A DNA stretch of 45,992 nt. Origin: Pseudorhodoplanes sp. (GTDB lineage: Bacteria > Pseudomonadota > Alphaproteobacteria > Rhizobiales > Xanthobacteraceae). Positions 1 to 6,801 of the stretch are shown here, one piece after another; within the stretch, counting starts at the first letter, position 1; each line of letters starts with the position of its first letter. The translations under genes were made by a program, and so were the position numbers. Under the pieces are notes generated by a model. The model worked only from the letters and a program-made list of their open reading frames with translations. It was not told the DNA's origin and ran no database searches. The stretch lies in assembly GCA_050246095.1 (NCBI GenBank), contig JBFWWQ010000001.1:1-45992 (forward strand), read 5' to 3'.

Positions 1-612
1 GTCGGCCTGCGCGCGGATGTGGTGCGCGCGATGCACGAGGCCGGCTGGTATCCCGCCGATCCGGTGACGCTGCGCTCGAGTGTCGAGATCGTCGGCAGTG
101 TCGTGCTGCACCGGCCCTACCGGCATGCGCCGGTCTCGCCGCTCTATTACGAGGGGCGGCGCGAGGACCTCGCCTTCGAGAAGCCGGTGGGCGACAGCGC
201 CGACCACCGCCATCACGTCCGTTTCTGGCAGACGCTCGACAAGGGCGCGGAGGGCCGGCCGGTCTGGCTCGGATCGGCGACCTACGACCGCAGCGTCGGG
301 CTCTCGCATTATACCGGCGCCGTCACCCATCATATTGCTCCCGACATCGACGAGGAGCGTGCGCTCGTCCTCGACGATCTGACCCGGGCGCGCGTGGTGG
401 AAGCCTCCTACCGCGTCACCGGTGTCGGTCCGACGCTGAACGGGCGCAACGGCGGCGGCGACCGCTACTTCACCGATGGGGAAATCTGGATCGCGCGGCT
501 GACGCAAGATGCGCGGCCGTCCGAGACGCCGCCGCAGGTGCTGGAATCGCCGCCGCTGGTGGCGTGGAAGGATTCGATTTGGAACGGCGCCAAGGGCATG
601 TTCGGTCGGTGA
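1..612 (+). CDS. LssY C-terminal domain protein (5' end probably outside window)
   Basis: GWYPADP, APVSPLYY.GRREDLAFEK, RHHVRFW and TH.IAPDID.ER motifs typical of LssY_C; frame is open back to position 1. Confidence 0.75.
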   Translation, partial: VGLRADVVRAMHEAGWYPADPVTLRSSVEIVGSVVLHRPYRHAPVSPLYYEGRREDLAFEKPVGDSADHRHHVRFWQTLDKGAEGRPVWLGSATYDRSVGLSHYTGAVTHHIAPDIDEERALVLDDLTRARVVEASYRVTGVGPTLNGRNGGGDRYFTDGEIWIARLTQDARPSETPPQVLESPPLVAWKDSIWNGAKGMFGR

Positions 613-615
613 TTC

Positions 616-1146
616 ATGTTTCTGTTTCTTGAGAACAGCTTTGCGCTGATCGAGCCCTATATCGTTGCCTATGGCGCCGCGGCCCTGTTCGTCATCGTCT
701 ATTTCGAATCCTTCGGCGCGCCGCTGCCGGGCGAAACCGGCGTGGTGGCGGCTTCGCTGCTTGCCATCAAGGGCGACCTGTCGATCGTGGCGGTGTATTT
801 CGCGGTGCTGGTCGCCGGCATTCTCGGCGATTCCACCGGCTATCTGATCGGCCGCTTCGGCGGCCGCGTGCTGCTGCGCCGCTACGGGCCGCTGGTGAAG
901 CTCACGCCCGAATTGCTCGATGAGCTGGAAGCGAAATTCCGCAGGAACGGCGTCTATCTGGTGATGATCGCGCGTTTCCTGCCGCTGATGCGCCAGCTCA
1001 ACGGCCTGATCGCCGGCTCGATGGCGATGCCCTGGCACATTTTTCTCGCCGCCAATGCGATCGGCGCCGTGGCCTGGACCACGGTCTGGGTGCTCGGGCC
1101 GTACTACTTCTCGCATCTGTTCGAGTGGGCGCGGCACGCGCATTGA
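616..1146 (+). CDS. DedA/VTT family membrane protein
   Basis: PLPGE, GD.TGY.IGRFGG, ARFLP..R and AG.M.MPW..F..AN DedA motifs; hydrophobic helices. Confidence 0.9.
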   Translation: MFLFLENSFALIEPYIVAYGAAALFVIVYFESFGAPLPGETGVVAASLLAIKGDLSIVAVYFAVLVAGILGDSTGYLIGRFGGRVLLRRYGPLVKLTPELLDELEAKFRRNGVYLVMIARFLPLMRQLNGLIAGSMAMPWHIFLAANAIGAVAWTTVWVLGPYYFSHLFEWARHAH

Positions 1147-1164
1147 GGGCGCTTTAGCAGCCTG

Positions 1165-1551
1165 TTAGATCGCCGACAGCCGCCAGGCCTGCGGGAAGCT
1201 GCCATAGTCGGTGCTGGTCACGCCGTTGCGCGTGGAGCCGGGATATTTCTCCAGCGCCGCGGCGACGGTCAGGCGCAGCACGCCGGTCTCGCCCGGCTTC
1301 AGCAGTCCGGCATGCACGGCGGCCGCTCCGATGGTCGAATCGCGGGTATAGGTGTCGGTCCCCCACAATTGTCCCTCGGTCGTGCCGGTGACGCGGAAAT
1401 AATAGGTGGTGCCGGGCGTCTCGGAGAGACCGACCATGCTGGGCGGCGCGTCCGAGGCGATGAAGTTCTGTTCGAGCAGCTTGCGCAGCTGTCGGCGCGA
1501 CAGCTTCCCGCGCCGGTCGAAATAGGCGACAAGCTCCTGGATTGCCTTCAT
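1165..1551 (-). CDS. Small LCCL-domain protein (128 aa) with basic N-terminal helical extension
   Basis: LWGTDTYTRDSTIGAAAVHAG and YPGSTRNGVTS match the LCCL signature; ATG at 1551 overlaps the upstream stop (ATGA) and is preceded by AAGGAGG. Confidence 0.8.
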   Translation of the reverse strand: MKAIQELVAYFDRRGKLSRRQLRKLLEQNFIASDAPPSMVGLSETPGTTYYFRVTGTTEGQLWGTDTYTRDSTIGAAAVHAGLLKPGETGVLRLTVAAALEKYPGSTRNGVTSTDYGSFPQAWRLSAI

Positions 1552-2801
1552 GGCGCGTCCTCCTTCCGCATGGTGACGATCCGTCCGTAGGACGGCTGAA
1601 AACCGGAATTCTCGCGCGGCAAGGCCCACAGCACGGCATAGGGAGGGGCGTCCGGCGGAAAGGCGATGTCGCCGTCGGTGATCACCACGGCGGCCGTGAC
1701 GCGCGGATCGTCCGTCAGCGCGTGCATGGCCGGCGAGAGGTCGCTGCCGCCATAGCCGCTGATCTCGTATTCGGCGAGTTCGGCCGGCGAGACCCGCTCG
1801 TCGGAGGTGACGACGGTATCGCACTGGATGACGCGGATGTCGTCGACCCCGGCCGCTTCGCAGAAATCGGCGATCGCGCCGAGCGCGAACGGGATGTTGT
1901 CGCCCATCGACGCGCTGGTATCGAGCACGACATTGAGCAGCCAGGAATAGCGCTTGCGCCCCGGCGTCACGACGTCGGTGCGCTCGGCGCCGCCGCGGCG
2001 GGACGGGCGCATGAAGGTGCGTTCGCCGGGGGCGACGCCTTCGAGCCAGGTCTGCAGCGCCATCTGCCACGGGGTGCCGCTGATGCCGCGCAGCGCGCGG
2101 ACATTCTGCTGGGTCGTACCGCTCTGCGTGCCGCGCCCGCGCATCGTATCCATCGCTTTCGCGAGCGCCATGCCCTTGGCGGCGAGATCGCCGATCGCGC
2201 GCGCGCGCGCGTCCTGGTCGGTGCTGTCGTCGGGGAACATGTCGCGTTCGCGCGCCGCATCGAGCACGTCGCCCGCTTGCCTGCCGGCCGCCTGGCGCGC
2301 GGCGCCGAGCGCCTGATCGACGGTGGCGATGCCGCCTTCCCAAACCTGGGTGCGGGAAGCCATGTTGCTGCCGGAGGCGCGCATCTGCACGATGATTTCC
2401 TCGGCCGATTTCTCGCGCGCGCCCGGCATGTCGAGGCCGCCGGCCGGGATGGCGGTAAGGCCGAGCGCGTGGCGCAGCATGTCGTTGATGATGTAGTCGT
2501 GCGCGTAGTTGAATTCGAGGTGATGCGAGCCGCGCGCGCGGTCATGCGTGCGCAGCGCCAGATGCCGCAATTCGTGCGCCAGCACGAAGACGAGATCGTT
2601 GCCCGACAGCCGCGCCGTGAAGTCCCGGTTCGCGACCAGGCGCCCCGAGGCGAAAACGCCCATCGTGGGCACGCGATCGTCGAGCGCGACGCGCACGGCG
2701 GCGGCGAGCCCGGCGAGATGCGGGAACGGCACCGTGACCATGCGCAGCGCGCGCGCGATGCGCGCGAGCGCCGCGCGGTCCGCGGCAGCGGCGCCGGTCA
2801 T
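1548..2801 (-). CDS. DUF2201-type putative metallopeptidase (HExxH) fused to C-terminal vWA domain
   Basis: AHELRH followed by NYAHDYIIN; vWA MIDAS LDTSASM, GYGGSDL, VITDG; ATGA overlap with the ATPase stop at 2798-2801. Confidence 0.85.
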   Translation of the reverse strand: MTGAAAADRAALARIARALRMVTVPFPHLAGLAAAVRVALDDRVPTMGVFASGRLVANRDFTARLSGNDLVFVLAHELRHLALRTHDRARGSHHLEFNYAHDYIINDMLRHALGLTAIPAGGLDMPGAREKSAEEIIVQMRASGSNMASRTQVWEGGIATVDQALGAARQAAGRQAGDVLDAARERDMFPDDSTDQDARARAIGDLAAKGMALAKAMDTMRGRGTQSGTTQQNVRALRGISGTPWQMALQTWLEGVAPGERTFMRPSRRGGAERTDVVTPGRKRYSWLLNVVLDTSASMGDNIPFALGAIADFCEAAGVDDIRVIQCDTVVTSDERVSPAELAEYEISGYGGSDLSPAMHALTDDPRVTAAVVITDGDIAFPPDAPPYAVLWALPRENSGFQPSYGRIVTMRKEDAP

Positions 2802-3832
2802 GCCGCTGCGACCTTGCGCAGGAGGTCGTACATGGCGCGGTCGGCGCCGAGCGATCCCCATTTCTCGACCATGTCGGTCAGCACGATCAGCTGATGCTCC
2901 GACGACAGGCTGCGCAGGAAGCGGTTGATTGCGCGCGGCTTGAACCCGTCGGCCCTGCCGTCGCGCACGAATTGGCGGATGCAGTCGAGGATGAACCAGC
3001 GCGCCGAATCGCCCTTCGGCAGCAATTCGGGGTTGCGCAGATAGTCCGCCAGCGGGCGCACCGCCTCGATCGCCTCCTCCGCGAGCGCGCAGAAGACGGC
3101 GGCGTCTTCCGGCGAAAGCCGGCCGAAGGCGAGGGCGCGCCGCGTCTCGTTGGTGAGGACGCCGGATTTCTCCGCCATGTCGAAGGCGCGCGAGAGCAGC
3201 GTCCAGGCGCGCGGCGTGGAGAACGGCACCGGGTCCGCCGGCACCGGCCGCATCAGCGCGTCAGGCACCGTGGCGACGAAGCTGCAGATTTCGTTGCGGA
3301 CGCCGCTGCGCCGCGCCCAGGCGAGCCATTCGTCCACGTCGATTCGCAGTTGCAGGATGGTGACGCGGTTGATCAGCGCCGAGCTCATGGCGCGCACCAG
3401 CGCGCGGTCCTGCAGCCGGTTGCCGGCGGCGACCACCCAGGTGCCTTTGGGCAGCGCATGCTCGCCCAGGCGGCGTTCCAGCAGCAGCGAATAGAAGGCC
3501 TTCTGGACGTCCGGCGCGCAGGCCGGCAGCTCGTCGAGGAACAGGCAGAACGGCTCCGGACGCTCCGGCAGCAGGATGCGCGGCGGGCAGAACACCGAGC
3601 GTTCGCCGACGATGCGCGGGATGCCGCTCACGTCCTCGGGCGCGATCTGGGTGCCGAGCAGCGAGCGGCAGGGCAGGCTCGCCTCGCGCGCCGCCTCGTA
3701 GACCATTTCGGACTTGCCCATGCCGGGGGCCGAAAGCAGCAGGAAGCTCTGTTCGTGCGCCATGCACTGGATGAGCTTTTTCGCCTGGCGAAGCGTCACC
3801 ACCTCGTTGAACGCGCTTTGACCGCTCTGCAT
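2798..3832 (-). CDS. MoxR-like AAA+ ATPase (AAA_5 type)
   Basis: Walker A SAPGMGKS, Walker B LFLDE, sensor-1 AAGN, Arg finger LINR, sensor-2 TPRAW; GGGGAG RBS upstream (alternative ATG at 3838). Confidence 0.88.
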   Translation of the reverse strand: MQSGQSAFNEVVTLRQAKKLIQCMAHEQSFLLLSAPGMGKSEMVYEAAREASLPCRSLLGTQIAPEDVSGIPRIVGERSVFCPPRILLPERPEPFCLFLDELPACAPDVQKAFYSLLLERRLGEHALPKGTWVVAAGNRLQDRALVRAMSSALINRVTILQLRIDVDEWLAWARRSGVRNEICSFVATVPDALMRPVPADPVPFSTPRAWTLLSRAFDMAEKSGVLTNETRRALAFGRLSPEDAAVFCALAEEAIEAVRPLADYLRNPELLPKGDSARWFILDCIRQFVRDGRADGFKPRAINRFLRSLSSEHQLIVLTDMVEKWGSLGADRAMYDLLRKVAAA

Positions 3833-4017
3833 GGACATCTCCCCTGAATGACCGGCGCGAGCCACAAAGCGGCGCATGTGGGGGGGAGGCCGGGCGCAGC
3901 AAGGCCGCGCCGAAAATAATTTTATCGGACGGGGCGGGCGGCCCATTCGGCCGGCGTTCAGAATCCGCGCGCCGGGTCACCCCGTCCGCTGCACCCGGCA
4001 GGGGCCCGGCGGACGGC

Positions 4018-4674
4018 TCAGAACTCGACGTCGAGCTCCTCCAGCTCGTCCGGCTCGGTTTTCGCGCCGGCGATCCATTCCTGCATCGGCGGCATAGTCA
4101 TAATGACCGAGCAATAGGCCGCGCATTCGGAATCGAGCTTCACGTCGTAGGTGAGGAAGCGCGTGCAGACCGGCGCGTACATGGCGTCCGCCATGCACGG
4201 GTCCTTTCCGAACAGATACGGCCCGTGCGACTGCGCCAGGCATTCGCGCCAGATCGTCATCACGCGGTCGATGTCGGCTTGCGCACCCTGCCAGACCTTG
4301 AAGCCGGGATAATGCGCCTTGATGTTCATCGGCAGGGCCGAACGCAGGTTCGAGAATCCCGAATGCATCTCGCCGGAAATTGAGCGGCAGCGCGCGCGCG
4401 CCTTGCGGTCGGCCGGCATCAGTCCGGCCTGCGGCTTGATCTCGTTCAGGTATTCGGCGATCGCCAGCGTGTCCCAGACCGCTATTCCCGCGTGCGTGAG
4501 GCATGGCACCAGGAAGGAGGGCGACAGCAGCAGCAATTCGGCGCGGGTCGACGGGTCGTCGCTCGGCAGCATGACCTCTTCGAAGTCGAGGCCGGCCATC
4601 TTGCACAGCAGCCAGCCGCGCAGCGACCACGAGCCGTAATTCTTGCTGCTGATAGTCAGCGTTGCCTTGGACAT
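4018..4674 (-). CDS. Glutathione S-transferase family protein
   Basis: SKNYGSWSLRGWL, VPCL..WDTLAIAEYL, EMHSGFSNLR, ADAMYAPV motifs. Confidence 0.9.
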   Translation of the reverse strand: MSKATLTISSKNYGSWSLRGWLLCKMAGLDFEEVMLPSDDPSTRAELLLLSPSFLVPCLTHAGIAVWDTLAIAEYLNEIKPQAGLMPADRKARARCRSISGEMHSGFSNLRSALPMNIKAHYPGFKVWQGAQADIDRVMTIWRECLAQSHGPYLFGKDPCMADAMYAPVCTRFLTYDVKLDSECAAYCSVIMTMPPMQEWIAGAKTEPDELEELDVEF

Positions 4675-4863
4675 GAACCGTTCCCCCGTGACGCAGCATG
4701 ACAAGCGGCCACCCCGGACGGGGAGGCCGGCGAATCCCCGGCGGAAACGTGATTTATTATCTCGCAGTGCAGCGAGAAATGCACTAGCCTTTTCGCGCCG
4801 GGAGTTGGGGTGGGGGGGGCCGTCAGGCGTCGTCGCGCCTTTTTTGCGTGGATGACGCAGAAA

Positions 4864-6093
4864 ATGCTCTATCAGGCATATCAGGCCCATTCCGACATCA
4901 TGGTTCCGGTCCGGGCGCTGGCTACCGCAGCGCAAAAAACGCTGGGTGCGCCGGTCAACGGCCTGGCCGGCCATCCCATGATGGCGGGGATTTCCAATCT
5001 CAACGCCGCCTACGAACTGATCGCCCGCGCCGGGCTCACGCATCGCCGTCCCGATTACGGCATCCGCAGCGTGACCTGCGGCAACAGCGAGGCCGCGGTG
5101 GTCGAGCGGGCCGTGCATGTCACCCCGTTCGGCTCGCTGCTGCATTTCCGCAAGGAGGGTGTGGAGACGGCGCAGCCGCGCGTGCTGGTGGTGGCGCCGC
5201 TGTCGGGGCATTTCGCGACGCTGCTGCGCGGCACCGTGAAGACGCTGCTGCCCGAGAACGACGTCTACATCACCGACTGGCACAATGCGCGCGACGTCTC
5301 GACCGGGCACGGTCGTTTCGGCTTCGACGATTATGTCGAGCACCTGATCACCTTCTTCGAGGTGATGGGACCGGGCGCGCATGTGATCGCGGTCTGCCAG
5401 CCCTGCGTCGCCGCCCTGGTTGCGGTCGCGGTGATGTCGGAGCAGGGGCATCCGGCAACCCCGCGCTCGATGACGCTGATGGCCGGGCCGATCGACACGC
5501 GCGTGAACGCGACCAAGGTCAACGAGCTGGCCAAGTCGAAGCCGATCGACTGGTTCGAGAAGAACCTGATCGCCGCCGTGCCGCTGCGCTTCGGCGGCGG
5601 CGGCCGGCGCGTCTATCCCGGCTTCGTGCAGCTTGCGGCCTTCATGAGCATGAATATCGACCGCCACCTCAAGGCGCACGAGGAACTCTACCACAACCTC
5701 GCGCGCGGCGAGGTTGAGAAGGCGGAGACGACCAAGAGCTTCTATGACGAGTATTTCGCGGTGCTCGATCTGACGGCGGAATTCTATCTCGAGACCGTCC
5801 GCTGGGTGTTCCAGGAGCACCGCCTGCCGCTCGGCACGCTCGACTATCGCGGCCGCAAGGTCGATCCCTCCGCGATCCGCAAGACCGCGCTGCTGACGGT
5901 GGAGGGCGAGCGCGACGACATCTGCGCGGTCGGCCAGACGGTCGCGGCGCACGATCTCTGCAGCAAGCTGCGGCCGGCGCGCAAGAAGCACCATATGCAG
6001 CCGGGCGTCGGCCATTACGGCGTCTTTTCCGGCACCAAGTGGCAGAACCAGGTCTATCCGCTCGTCCGCAACGTCATCCTGCAGAGCGACTGA
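4864..6093 (+). CDS. phaZ: Intracellular polyhydroxyalkanoate (PHB) depolymerase
   Basis: VAPLSGHFATLLRGTV, YITDW.NAR, catalytic AVCQP, EGERDDI, GVGHYGVF; alternative start 4852. Confidence 0.92.
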   Translation: MLYQAYQAHSDIMVPVRALATAAQKTLGAPVNGLAGHPMMAGISNLNAAYELIARAGLTHRRPDYGIRSVTCGNSEAAVVERAVHVTPFGSLLHFRKEGVETAQPRVLVVAPLSGHFATLLRGTVKTLLPENDVYITDWHNARDVSTGHGRFGFDDYVEHLITFFEVMGPGAHVIAVCQPCVAALVAVAVMSEQGHPATPRSMTLMAGPIDTRVNATKVNELAKSKPIDWFEKNLIAAVPLRFGGGGRRVYPGFVQLAAFMSMNIDRHLKAHEELYHNLARGEVEKAETTKSFYDEYFAVLDLTAEFYLETVRWVFQEHRLPLGTLDYRGRKVDPSAIRKTALLTVEGERDDICAVGQTVAAHDLCSKLRPARKKHHMQPGVGHYGVFSGTKWQNQVYPLVRNVILQSD

Positions 6094-6168
6094 GCGATTC
6101 CGGCCGGCGCCGGGCGGCTTTTATTTCCGCCGCCGCTTCCTAAATGTCGCCCCCAACAAGGGTGTGAC

Positions 6169-6549
6169 ATGCTGGATTTTGTATCGGACTTCGCTACGGA
6201 AGCCGAAGAAGTCGTCCCGCCCGCGGCTCCCGCGGATAGCGACGCGGCCCTGCTCGACGCCTATTCCAGCGCCGCGCCGCGCCGGCATGCGCGCGTCGCC
6301 GGGATCGGGAATGCGTCCGGCGCCGTGCTGACCGCGCTCGATCCCGAAGGGCCGGCGGCGAAGGCCGGCCTGATGTCGCTCGACCTCGTGGTGCGCGCGG
6401 ACGGGCAGGCGGTGACCGGGGTCGACGACCTGATCCGCCTGCTCAATCACGAGCGGATCGGGCGTGCGGTGACGATCGAGGCGCTGCGCCGCGGACAATT
6501 GCGCCGGTTCGCGGTCACGCCGCTGGAACGGCGCGCCAAATCCCGGTAG
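6169..6549 (+). pseudogene. HtrA/S1C serine protease remnant: N-terminus fused in frame to the PDZ domain, protease domain missing
   Basis: N-terminal LLDAYS motif and C-terminal PRRH..GPAAKAGL..D.VV..DG..VTGVDDLIRLL PDZ match rhizobial trypsin-like proteases, but no TNxHV/GNSGG catalytic core; only 126 aa. Confidence 0.7.
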
Positions 6550-6613
6550 CGCGCCGCGTGCGCCGCCGACCCTGCTGCTGGGGACGGTTTCATTCATGTT
6601 ATGTCTGTCCCGC

Positions 6614-6654
6614 CCTCATCGTGAGGAGCGCAGCGAAGCGGCGCGTCTCGAAGG
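6614..6654. repeat. Alphaproteobacterial REP-like palindromic unit
   Basis: CCTCATCGTGAGGAGCGCAGCGAAGCGGCGCGTCTCGAAGG resembles, from recall, the CTCATCCTGAGGAG...CGTCTCGAAGG intergenic repeat of rhizobia; single copy in window. Confidence 0.55.
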
Positions 6655-6694
6655 CCGGTCGAGGACAAGGACTTCAACCGAGGTGAATCGGACT

Positions 6695-6801
6695 CTAAAG
6701 CACGTTCGTTTTACATGGAATCGGAACATGCTTTAGATTCTTTTATTCTATCGCATTTTCTTGACGCGAACCGGTACCCACTTCGCACGAAAATGCGCTA
6801 G
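6695..6801 (-). repeat. 107-bp two-hairpin intergenic repeat (RIME/Bru-RS-like, MITE-like), copy 1
   Basis: Reverse complement matches 26622-26728 with 7 mismatches by manual alignment; internal palindromes CTAAAGCA...TGCTTTAG and CGCATTTTC...GAAAATGCG; CTAG end overlaps the rne stop. Confidence 0.9.

Noticed and set aside
2196-2211. (CG)8 dinucleotide run
   Set aside because: Lies in coding sequence (DARARAI) with the frame intact; unsurprising at this GC content
1552-2343. 392-aa version of the LCCL ORF
   Set aside because: The Arg-rich extension is an off-frame reading of the vWA gene; RBS and ATGA coupling support the start at 1551
4675-6015. 665-aa GST with N-terminal extension
   Set aside because: The extension is antisense to phaZ; the GST starts at 4674
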